In this document: positions 34,804 to 46,318 of the stretch, piece by piece | How the letters are laid out: the number at the start of each line of letters is the position of its first letter | How positions within the stretch are numbered: position 1 is the first letter of the stretch | Source: Macrostomum hystrix | Taxonomy: Eukaryota; Animalia; Platyhelminthes | Assembly (NCBI GenBank): GCA_950097015.1 | Contig: CATNEN010000013.1 | Location: forward strand, 1-64,000 | Direction: 5' to 3' | Length of the DNA stretch: 64,000 nt | Translations under genes and position numbers: made by a program | Notes under the pieces: generated by a model | Told to the model about the DNA's origin: nothing | The model's input: the letters and a program-made list of their open reading frames with translations, nothing else | Database searches by the model: none

Positions 34804-37800
34804 TCAAGAATAATTCCAGCCAATGAGGGCGTGGCAGACCAGCAGGTACAGCATGGCAACGGTCACCGTGCACACCATCATGGGGAAGCCGACACTGCAA
34901 TGCGTGGAGGGTGGGTTTGGTGCCAGTGAAATGACAAATTGATTGCTAATAGGAGCTGCAAATAGCGCTTGAAAAGCTGAGAAGCCCGACTCAAAACTAA
35001 CGAAAAGCTGACAGAGCGAAGGAAAAGTGCAAAACAGCGATAATGCCTCGGCCACCCTGGATTAGTAAACAAGCGGCCTCTTTAAACAGAAAAAACTGCG
35101 CAGGCAAACTCAGCTACGAAAGGCGCCCAAAATGCACACAGAAATCTAACAGCCACAGCGCCCTCTCGCCCAGAACAGGCCGAGCAAACTTCTTTTTCCC
35201 TTTTTTGCCTCATCGAATTACTTCGCTTTCGGGATGCACTCAGTGCAAAAAAAACAGCACATGTTGAAGAGATCGTGATTGAGACTATTTAGACCAGGGC
35301 TCGGAAAAACTTGGTCCCCTGCCTAGATACTGCCAGCACTGCTCCGGAATCCATCTCTCTACACCGCCTTATCTCTCCCCTGTCTAATCTCCCACGCGTC
35401 TCAGCTCTCCAGTGTCTCATCTCTCCCATGTCTCATCTCCTCCGTGTCTCATCTCTCCCGTATCTCATTTCTCCCGTGCATCATCTCCCCCGTGTCTCAT
35501 CTCTCCCGAATATCATCTCTCCCGTGTCTCATCTCCCCCGTGTATCATCTCTCCCGTGTCTCATCTCCCCCGTGTCTCATCTCTCCCGTGTCTCATCTCC
35601 CCCGTGTCTCATCTCCCCCGTGTCTCATCTCTCCCGTGTCTCATTTCTCCCGTGCATCATCTCCCCCGTGTCTCATCTCTCCCGAATATCATCTCTCCCG
35701 TGTCTCATCTCCCCCGTGTATAATCTCTCCCGTGTCTCATCTCCCCCGTGTATCATCTCTCCCGTGTCTCATCTCCCCCGTGTCTCATCTCCCCCGTGTC
35801 TCATCTCTCCCGTGTCTCATCTCTCCCGTGTCTCATCTCTCCCGTGTCTCATCTCTCCCGTGTCTCATCTCTCCCGTGTATCATCTCTCCCGTGCATCAT
35901 CTCCCCCGTGTCTCATCTCTCCCGAATATCATCTCTCCCGTGTCTCATCTCCCCCGTGTATCATCTCTCCCGTGTCTCATCTCCCCCGTGTCTCATCTCC
36001 CCCGTGTCTCATCTCTCCCGTGTCTCATCTCTCCCGTGTCTCATCTCTCCCGTGTCTCATCTCTCCCGTATATCATCTCTCCCGTATCTCATCTCCCCCG
36101 TGTCTCATCTCTCCCGTGTCTCATCTCTCCCGTGTCTCATCTCCCCCGTGTCTCATCTCTCCCGTGTCTCATCTCTCCCGTGTCTCATCTCTTTCGTGTC
36201 TCATCTCTCCCATGTCTCCTGTCCTTGGCCAGTGAGGCTAGCAGCTCGTTTTAGTTCCACCGACTCACTAATATAGGCCCTGTTATCCTGAGCTGCAAGA
36301 CGCGGGGATTTTCAGATGAGATCCGCAGGCAACAATATAGAAACTGTACAGGACTGCAGAGGTTGCGCTAATGTCTTCCTACACTTTTATGAATGTTTCG
36401 GTGTCCTGATTTAGTCTTGAATATTCGCCCTACATCGTCTGTCTAATCCTCCCGGAGTAGAATTCCTGCGTAACACAGTTTTTGATGAGCCAGTTGCTGA
36501 TCCTGCCTCAGCGTAATCCCAATGGGCCAACGTCCCAGCTAGCTTAGTGCCGTAAATTAACACCAAATTTTTGTTAGGCAAGGTGGTCCTCCGTGTCTTC
36601 TTGTTAGCTGTCCTGCAGGCTTTAGCAGTGATTTATTTGGCAGGCCACTTGCTCCTCGCGAATTTATAATGGCACAGACTGAGGGGGCCAGTCTGCGAAT
36701 CTGTTTGCGAGATTAAGAGTAAAAGAGAAACGAAGCCAAGATAAAAGCGGGGAATAGTATCTCTAGAATTTACTTAAAAATATATTCTGAAATGGAATAG
36801 ATAATGTTAAACAGCTGTCTGTGGGTGGATGTGATGAACACTGGTGGTCTGGGGTGGGTGTGATGTACACTGGAGTTCTGGGGTAAGTGTGATGTACGCT
36901 GGTGTTCTGAGGAGTGTGTTATGTACATTGGTGTTCTAGGGTGGGGTGATGTACGCTGGTGTTCTGAGGAGTGTCTGATGTACATTGGTGTTCTAGGGTG
37001 GGGTGATGTACGCTGGTGTTCTGAGGAGTGTGTTATTTACATTGGTGTTCTAGGGTGGGGTGATGTACGCTGGTGTTCTGATGGGGATGTGTTTTACTCA
37101 TGTTATCTTGGGTGGGTGTGATGTCCACTGGTGATCTGGGGTGGGTGTGATGTCCACTGGTGATCTGGGGTGGGTGTGATGTCCACTGGTGATCTGGGGT
37201 GGGTGTGATGTCCACTGGTGATCTGGGGTGGGTGTGATGTCCACTGGTGATCTGGGGTGGGTGTGATGTCCACTGGTGATCTGGGGTGGGTGTGATGTAC
37301 ACTGGTGTTCTGGGGTGGGTGTGATGTACACTGGTGATCTAGGAAAAGTGTGATGCACACTCGTGTTCTGGGGTGGCGTGATGTACATTGGTGATCTAGG
37401 AAAAGTGTGATGTACACTGGTGTTCTGGGGTGGGTGTGATATATACTGGTGATCTAGGAAAATTGTGATGTTCACTGGTGTTCTAGGGTGGGGTGATGTA
37501 CGCTGGTGTTCTGAGGAGTGTGTGATGTACATTGGTGTTCTAGGGTGGGGTGATGTACGCTGGTGTTCTGATGGGGATGTGTTTTACTCATGTTATCTTG
37601 GGTGGGTGTGATGTCCACTGGTGATCTGGGGTGGGTGTGATGTCCACTGGTGATCTGGGGTGGGTGTGATGTCCACTGGTGATCTGGGGTGGGTGTGATG
37701 TCCACTGGTGATCTGGGGTGGGTGTGATGTACACTGGTGTTCTGGGGTGGGTGTGATGTACACTGGTGATCTAGGAAAAGTGTGATGTACACTCGTGTTC

Positions 37801-40800
37801 TGGGGTGGCGTGATGTACATTGGTGATCTAGGAAAAGTGTGATGTACACTGGTGTTCTGGGGTGGGTGTGATATATACTGGTGATCTAGGAAAATTGTGA
37901 TGTACACTGGTGTTCTGGGGTGGCGTGATGTACATTGGTGATCTAGGAAAAGTGTGATGTACAATGGTTTTCTGGGGTGGGTGTGGTGTAAAATGGCGGG
38001 AAGATTAATTTAATAATTTTATAACTAATAGTCCATCATTACGACTAATTATGGAAATAGATTAGGGAGAGGAGAAAAAATGAGATGCAGAGTGGATATT
38101 GTCGGGGATCGAGCCGCTGGGATCGCAGAGTCAGGCAAGGCGGATGGAAGGAAAGGCTCTGAAAATAGGGCTTCCTGAGCCTGGTAAGCGTTGAGCACAG
38201 CAAAGGAGTGAGTGGGAGTGAGCGGCAGATGATATTGAATAATGCATTCTAACTTAAGTGCTTAATGCTTAGAAAATCCATGCGATTATGACTAAATTTG
38301 GATTGAATGTTGCATTTTCAGATGCCCAATTTCTTCTGTCCTGGGCATTGACGTTTTCCTGAATTTAGTTTACCGGATTCCAATCTCCGTCAGGTGCTCT
38401 GTTGACGTCATTCTGTCAGAGGAAGACTGCAAAATAGGCAAGGCTGTGATGGAACGATATTTGGATATTTTTAGATTCTAAATCTCATCACTCATAGCTT
38501 CAAAAACTTATTTTTATATTTTCCCTAAATATTTTCCCGATCCCGATCGGCCGAAATACCGATTCCCAGAAATCTCGATTCACAGAAATCTTAATTCACC
38601 AAAATCTCGATTTACTGAGATCTCGATTCACAAAAAACCCTGTTCACCGAAATCCCGTTTCACTGAAATTTCGATTTACCGAAATCTCGAAATTCACCAA
38701 ATCTCAATTCACTACGATCAAAATTCACGAAAATCTCGATTCACGAAAATCTCGATACACCGAAATCTCGAATTAACTGAGATCTCGGTTCACCAAAATC
38801 TCGATTCACAAAAATCTAATTTCACAAAAATCTTGATTTACTGAGATCTCGATTTAACAAAATATCGATTGACAAAAAAACTCGATTCACCGAACTGGAA
38901 ATCTAGATTCTCCCAGTCGGCCCGGAAACCTAAATCTAAATTTAGAGTCCCCTAAATCGAAATTCAAGGAAATTCCAATCGCACCAAAATCGATTTTCTT
39001 AAATCTCTGAAATGCAATTTTAGCCAAATTCTAATTCAGCTCTTTGTAAAAAATCGGCATCAGATTGAAATTCAGATGCGCTCAACGAACAATTCGCTTG
39101 TCTTTGGGAACAACTCAGCTAATTAGGAGATATGCTTCATTTAGTTGCTGGCACCTGAGAACAGCTAAAGTACTTTTAGCCCCTAGCCTAAGCCGAACAG
39201 CAGCGAGCCCAGGCACGCACCGGAAGAACTGCACGAAGGTGAACGGGTAGCCGTTCTGCTCGGCGATGCCGGCGGCCACGACGTTGGCCGAGGCGCCGAT
39301 GACGGTGCCATTACCGCCGAGGCAGGCGCCGAAGGCCAGGGCCCAGACCAGTGGCAGGATGGGCAGCACGTCGGCGAGCTCCAGGATGATGGGGATCATG
39401 GCCGTGGTGAATGGGATATTATCGATAAAGGCGGAGGCCAGGGCGCTAACCCACAGGACGATGAGGATTGCCACGGGCAGCTGGGAGGATTCTGGCAAGC
39501 TCAGGATCACCTGCTTCATCTGGTCGCCAATCCAGGCGATGAGCTGCAGCTCGCGCAGGGCCTCCATCAGGGCGAACAGGGCGGCAAAGAAGATCAGCGT
39601 GCTCCACTCGATGCGGTGCAGCAGGGTGTCCATGTCGGCGAAGTCTGTCAGCACCAGCAGGGCGATACCACCCATTATAGCTATCCAACCTGCGTACGGG
39701 TGCGGAGGAACAACCAATTAATGCCGATTAACTACCGTACAATCTGCCGATTAACTACCGTACAATCTGCCGATTAACTACCGTACAATCTGCCAATTAA
39801 CTAACTGTACAATCTGCCAATTAACTATCGTACAATCTGCTGATTAACTAACTGTAAAATCTGCCGATTAACTACCGTACAATCTGCCGATTAACTAACT
39901 GTACAATCTGCCAATTAACTATCGTACAATCTGCTGATTAACTAACTGTACAATCTGGCGATTAACTACCGTACAATCTGCCGATTAACTAACTGTACAA
40001 TCTGCCGATTAACTACTGTACAATCTGCCGATTAACTACTGTACAATCTGCCGATTAACTACTGTACAATCTGCCGATTAACTACCGTACAATCTGCCGA
40101 TTAACTAACTGTACAATCTGCCGATTAACTACCGTACAATCTGCCGATTAACTAACTGTACAATCTGCCGATTAACTACTGTACAATCTGCCGATTAACT
40201 ACCGTACAATCTACCGATTAAACATCCTACAAATGACCGATAATCTATTTGACAAACTGCTGACGATCTGCTTGACGATATGCCCGTTTCATACGAAAAA
40301 ATCTACAATTTACCTTCATAACAATATGTCTCTTAAGTACTCCAGAATCTGCTAACGATCTACATTACAAATAATTAATAGATTATCTGTTATATTTTCT
40401 TCATGTGAAAATCAGAGAAATGACACATCAAGAAGCTGATTATCAATGAGAATAATCAGTAAATCGTTAAATAATTTAATCGTTACAATGACCCAATAAT
40501 TTCCACCAACATTATAATGTGCTAAATAATCACAACGATAGTCAAGAAATTCAAACACAGCAAATCATCAGCTAATAAGTCTGGCAAAGGGAAGGTTTTG
40601 AATCAGTGCATTAAAAAATGCCTACCAATTAAAATGATTTTTGCATACTCAAAATCAATAACCAATCGAAAGTGAATAATAGCACTTCATTCACACGCAC
40701 GGTAAGTGTTACTAATAGAGCTTCTGAAATTTAAAGGCTTAAGCGTACCAAGATCCAAGTGCAAGGCGTCGACAGTTGACGATAGAAAGAACAATAAGAT

Positions 40801-43800
40801 GACAACCGACAGTACAATGGTGCACTTCACTAGCAGCTCCTTGTCTTTGATGCCGTACTGGCATGTGGTTGGCAATTTAGTGGTATTTCGATTTTTTGGA
40901 ATTTATAGTGTCTATTAGCCTACTGATACAAGTAGTAAGTTCAGCATTAGTTTTTAGATTAAATTAGATTAAATTAGATTAAATATATATACTTCGATAA
41001 GTTATTTTCTATGCAGAAGATTGAGTCAGAATACAGCGTTGATATTAGTTAATATTGATTGTACAAATGCCGAACAGAACACCTTAACAGAACACTAAAC
41101 AGTGTTAAAATTTTCATTTGTAATGTGCGACCTAAATAGGGCCGTTTTAACTAAATAATTTATTGCAAGCATGCAGTTGCATTATTAAAATTATCTAACT
41201 ATTATAAAAATTTAACGAAATAAAGCAGTTCTTTTTAATTCGTTACTTCATAAAGCCTGTTAAATTTAACCATAACATTTTTTATAAGATGAGCTATAAG
41301 AATTATCGTTAGATTCGTTAGTTTGAAGATGTGCTACTAATGCTTACATTATACCTTTTTTATTACACTTCTCGAAAGAAATTAAAGTACAGAGATTCGT
41401 CATTTCATTAACCCCAAATAAAATCGTTAACGTAAAATGAGTTTTTTCTTTGTTAGTCAATGAATTTTTTTTAACGATTATGGACCTTAAAAGGGCCGTT
41501 TGATTAGAAAGCTAAATGAACAGTAAACGAACCTTCCGCTGCAGCTCGGCCAGTGTCTCCTGGAAGGGCTTGTCGGCGGTGGCCGTGACCTGGTGCACAG
41601 CCAGGCGGTGCTCCAGCTCGCAGATCTTTGCCTGCAGCAGAGCCTTGACAGCCGCCTGCTCGCTTGTCGTCACAGCGAAGCCGTAGGCTGTGCGACGCCA
41701 GACTTCAACTTCGCGACGAATCTCGGCTGCCACGGGATCCTCGGTTGATTCGAGGTCCTGGCGCCAGTAGACCAGGCGAAGCAGGGCGTAGGCGCTGACA
41801 GTGACCAGCAGGATGCCCAGGGTCATGTGCACGGTGAAGTTGGTGAATGTGACGCCCTGTTCTGCCAGCTCGGCGTTTGAAGCGATGATGACATTTGGCG
41901 GATCGCCGACTGCGGTGGCTGTGCCGCCGACGTTCGAGAACATCACCTGTGAAATATATGCTAGGCGGATTTGATTAAAAGGGCATTAGTGATTTATTCG
42001 AAACTCTGAATTCATCTGAGAAGTAAGGTAAGATTGGGCAATAATCTGCGACCCCGGTTAAAGTTCAGGATAAATCTGAGACCTCGGGTAAGATTGAGGA
42101 TTAATCTGAGACCTCGGGTAAGATTGGGGATTAATCTGAGACCTCGGGTAAGAATTAGGATTAATCTGAGAGTTAGTACAGGATGAAGAGCCCGAACCAG
42201 ACACCTGAGCAATGAGCAGCTGCCTAGGATCGAGCCGGAGAACCTCGCACAGCCGAATGGTGACAGGGGCCATGAGCAGGATGGTGGTGACATTGTCGAG
42301 GAATGCAGATATGACGGCTGCGAACAGGCAGAGCAGGGTCACCAGAGCCATTGTGCGACCCTTGGCCAAACGGAAAGCTAGCACGGCCACCCAGTCAAAG
42401 AAGCCGGACTCGGAGAAGATGCCGACCATCACCATCATGCCGAACAGCAGGCTGAGGGTCTCAAAGTCCAGCCAGGCGATCACTTCGGTGAGGCTGGGCC
42501 TCCGGTTCACCAGAGCCAGAACTGCCACACTCATCAGCGACCCCAGCATGGCGGCCAGGGATCTGTGCACCAGCTCGAATATGATCAGGCCATAGACAAA
42601 GACCAGCACCAGGGCAGCGTAGATCACTTCGTTATAAACCGCATTGGTTAGAGTTTCATAGGATACGGCCAGGGGAAGTGACTGCTCGTAGCTGGTGCGA
42701 ATCCGAATGCTCAGTTGGTCGCGATCTTTGTAACTGTTTCAAGGTAGAGGTGTGATGTACACGGGTGTTTTGGGGTGGGTGTGATATACAAGGGTGTTTT
42801 GGGGTGGGTGTGATGTACGTTGGTGTTCTGGGGTGGCTGTGATCTACGTTGGTGTTTTGCAGTGGGTGTGATGTACGTTGGTGTTCTGGGGTGGCTGTGA
42901 TCTACGTTGGTGTTTTGCAGTGGGTGTGATGTACGTTGGTGTTCTGGGGTGGGTGGGATGTACGTTGTTGTTTCGGGGTGGGTGTGATGTACGTTGGTGT
43001 TTTTGGGTGGGTGGGATGAAAGCGCCGATCCCAAACTCCATCGACAAAACTTACGCGGTTCGGCTGAGCGGAAAATATCGCTCACGAACAATTTCCTCGG
43101 ACATTTCGTTTTCCACCACGGGCACAATCGGCACGATCCAGATCTGTGAGCGGATAATTTATTGACTTCAATTGACCAATTTTGAATCGGTGCCACAATG
43201 GTTAAAGTATGATCTCTTTAAAACAAAGATCTCACCTGCGATTGCGACTCATTGTCCGCGCTGAACACCTCATCGATGGTGACCGTGATGTTTGTTGACG
43301 TGGCTGTCGGCGAGAACAGCAGCGCACCGCGCAGCTTCACCATCACCACCGAGTAGGCATTCGCTGACGGTGTCACGTTGATGGCTAACGGTGGCGGCGA
43401 GAAACGACATGGGTCACGTGATCAAGCATTAAGCTTTAGAACCCATTTGAAAACTCTATGGTTGGCCCTTCGTTAAAACTCCTGAATGATCCCAATCTAC
43501 ATTGCAATTAAATATTTTTTCATGCTACTTTCATCAGGTCTTCAGTAGTATAAACCTATCAAAATACCAAATCCATAAAAATTCGGTGGCGGGGGTCGGT
43601 GGCAGAGCGGATAACGCGTTTGCCTCTCGCACCAAGGTCCCTGAGCTCGATTCCGCAGTCGAGGCCGCATTCATTTGGGGCGCAGTCGCGGGTAGAAAGC
43701 TTGGGGGCTTGTCATGCAATTTACGCCCTTGAGGGCCAACCTCAAAGGCACAGTGAAAGTGTACACTGACTGCATGCCGATGAGAAAGTCAGGACAGAAG

Positions 43801-44529
43801 TATACACCTGTTTGAGAGTATGCCTGCGTACAGAATCTGCAGTGTGCGTGTGTGCTCAGGAGTCAGCGGAATGGGCAGAATTGCATCCTCGCTGGCTGCA
43901 GATTTACTGTCACCTAATGATGTGCCATTGCCCACAGCCCTCCTGTAGATAATACTACACGCACCGCCGAACACACAAATGCACAAAAAATCACTTGTGA
44001 CTCACACGGCGATCGAGCGCTGCTTACGGTGTACAGGTGAAATAAAGTCTCTTTTTCCGGTGTGACGGCAATTATGATCTGGGATTTGGGAACAATGTGA
44101 TTTTGTTACTCCGCAAATTATTGGGAAATTTCCTCTTAATGATGCGTCTCTTACACAGGAGATGATCACGATGGCAAAGATGACGCCGACCTTGATGTAA
44201 TACAGTCGCGACCGCGGCGGCCTCAGTTCGGCCTCGTCGCCGAAGGCGCTCTCAGTGCCGGCTCCGGCTCCTTCTTCAGCGATGCCCGGGGGCTGCTTGG
44301 AGCGGCTGGCTGCAGATTTTGACTGCAGCTGATCCATGGCCGCTTCCAGATCTGAGAAGCTCTTTGATCGGCGGCGTTGAAGTGCGCGGGCGCTGGCGCT
44401 GCCGCTTGCTGCAGCTCGCGAAGCGTTCTCAATGCGCAGCACGCTGTAGTCGGTGGTGTTGCTGGGCCCGGCCAGAAGTGGCGTCTTCTCGCCAGCCCTT
44501 AAAGGCTGCATTTCGGCGTCAGTGGACAT
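34804..44529 (-). CDS. OCA2: P protein / OCA2 (ArsB/NhaD-CitMHS family membrane transporter), 9 exons, about 765 aa
   Basis: Phase-consistent exons: 44529-44155, 44078-44006, 43384-43236, 43143-43055, 42733-42205, 41946-41533, 40857-40749, 39689-39221, 34894-34804. Motifs: [92 protein letters not shown], and C-terminal FFRVGFPMM...[12 protein letters not shown]. Confidence 0.94.
35367..36218. repeat. Pyrimidine-rich 16-bp minisatellite (last OCA2 intron)
   Basis: Unit CGTGTCTCATCTC(T/C)CC, related to the 29249-30078 unit. Confidence 0.95.
36821..37990. repeat. G-rich about 29-bp composite minisatellite with an internal 490-bp duplication
   Basis: Unit GTGTGATGT(A/C)CACTGGTG(A/T)TCTGGGGTGG. 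The marker ATGGGGATGTGTTTTACTCATG recurs at 37081 and 37571. Confidence 0.93.
38568..38892. repeat. Degenerate about 16-bp repeat
   Basis: Recurrent GAAATCTCGATTCAC(C/A) units with many substitutions. Confidence 0.8.
39722..40221. repeat. 23/24-bp minisatellite, about 21 copies (OCA2 intron)
   Basis: Unit CTGCCGATTAACTACCGTACAAT. Confidence 0.95.
42028..42170. repeat. 30-bp tandem repeat, about 5 copies (OCA2 intron)
   Basis: Unit GGTAAGATTGAGGATTAATCTGAGACCTCG. Confidence 0.88.
42749..43018. repeat. G-rich 29-bp minisatellite, about 9 copies, same family as 36821-37990
   Basis: Unit GTGTGATGTACGTTGGTGTTCTGGGGTGG. Confidence 0.92.
43591..43960 (+). mobile_element. tRNA-derived SINE, copy 2 (OCA2 intron 2)
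   Basis: The head GGGGGTCGGTGGCAGAGCGGATAACGCG...GAGCTCGATTCCG contains an A-box-like TGGCAGAGCGG and a B-box-like GCTCGATTCC. It is collinear with the reverse complement of 21905-22275 throughout. Confidence 0.75.
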
Positions 44530-46318
44530 GGTGAAAATTATCTAACTGCAGGCTGGCTGAAATAAAACCGTTTTGTTATTTCAGTATTATCGTATTTTTT
44601 CAATGAAACCAATGACACTTTTTCTGTTAAAAAGTAATTAGTAAGCGAAGTAAATTACGGCTCGTTTTAAAAAAATATATTAAAAAGAGAAGCCTTATAT
44701 ATAAAAATTTGATTTCCTTAGAATTGATCTCAATTGATGCATTATGTTTTTACAGCTGGAGTTATAATATATACTACTTATATAGTTTATCTTAAACTCT
44801 AATGACATTTTATCATAAATATTCGAAAAGTTTTTAAGCAACTTTATAATTATGAGCCGTAAATACAATTCTGTGGATAAAAGTAGTTCACTTTGTATTG
44901 TAAATAAAAATGTAATTACAGTACTAAGCTGATTAGCTACTGTATCACGGAAACTCGTATTGTCATTGGCACGTATGTCATGTATGACACAAATAACTAG
45001 GCATGGCATGCCTAATGAATAAAATTTGATGAATTTTAAATTTCTTAAAAATAAATATTCTATAATTAACCACTAAAAAACAAGTGTCGGTAGTGCAAAA
45101 ACATTTTTGCATATTGATGCGTTCTTGCATTAATGTCTGTGAGTACTCTGTTTTAATTTTTACGTATTAAAAGTATGAACTTTTTTACACTGCCTATGCT
45201 CCAAACCATAAGTGTCGGAAATAATTTTAAAAGCTAACCATCTTTGTCGATAAATTCGAGGTATGTATTGTATAGGTTATACGATAGAATTTTGTTCCTT
45301 TTTGAAACAAGTATCATTTGAACATTACTTATTCAACGAATTAAATTTAGAAATAACCGAATTCAAAGGATCGTTTTAGGTGACCAGTGAAATTGTTTAC
45401 AATTTCAAAAAATATTGTTGTACTTGCCGTTAACTGCGACTGTGTGTAAGAAATACATACATTTAAGTTACGTTTAAAATGGTGGGACAACAACAAAAAT
45501 ATCTTTAAAGTATAAATAGGAGCATGATTTTAACGACTTAGTAAGTTATAATACTAATTTATGTATTTTACATTGAAACTAGTTTGTCTCGATTATATGA
45601 TTATATTTGCATCGACACCCTTTATTTTAATCTTTAAACTTGCGAAAAGTGGAAAAGTTCCGACAAAAATTGTGTGGAAAACTACATTCGCTTATAACAC
45701 CAAGGACCACTCTACTTCTAGTGGTCCTTGTATAATATGTACTGTATTACTTTTCACTGCTTATGTAGTTAAAGAACTAATTGATATAAAAAATTAATTT
45801 TTTTTAATTTCTCTGTAAATTTTGCACTTAGAGAGAGATATTTATAGTTTATAACAATTCACTTTTCATACAAGCATCAGCAGGTACTGAAAAAACGACA
45901 AGTTTAACACAGCGTCGGAAATTTCGGACCAGGTCTCGGATAAACGCTCGTAGTAGATTAAAAGGCGGGTACACATTTATAATCATACGCCTTATTTGAG
46001 CATATAGTGCTGGTAAATATGATTACAAGCGAGAGGTCCTTTTTCTGATTAAAAGTTGTGATTTTGTATTACATCACGGATAATAGTTCTATATTCTGTA
46101 GTAAATGGTTGTAGTAAATATAGTTATGAAAATAATCTCTCTAGTCGTTGCTTCTTGAAAGAAACATTGGGAGCGTCGATCTAGACTAGACACGGCACAA
46201 ACAACACGTTTTATTAATATAACACATTGATATGTCAATAATAACGTGACAGAATTTGGACAAAGTAGAGGATTCACTTCGTTTCCTGAATGTAGTAGTT
46301 TCGAATTTAATTATCATG

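Noticed and set aside
35295-36282. hAT-like CAGGGC...GCCCTG ends around the 16-mer array
   Set aside because: Only 6 bp are inverted and the flanking 8-mers (ATTTAGAC versus TTATCCTG) do not form a TSD.
43144-43235. Longer OCA2 exon reading [12 protein letters not shown]
   Set aside because: There is an in-frame TAA and no in-phase acceptor; the acceptor at 43144-43145 gives a clean phase-0 join.
43591-43670. tRNA gene (also 22195-22275)
   Set aside because: It has A/B boxes but no convincing acceptor or anticodon stems, and it continues into a shared about 300-bp body, so it is a SINE head.
44695-45797. AT-rich ORFs upstream of OCA2
   Set aside because: Their composition matches intergenic DNA and they have no motifs or splice support.
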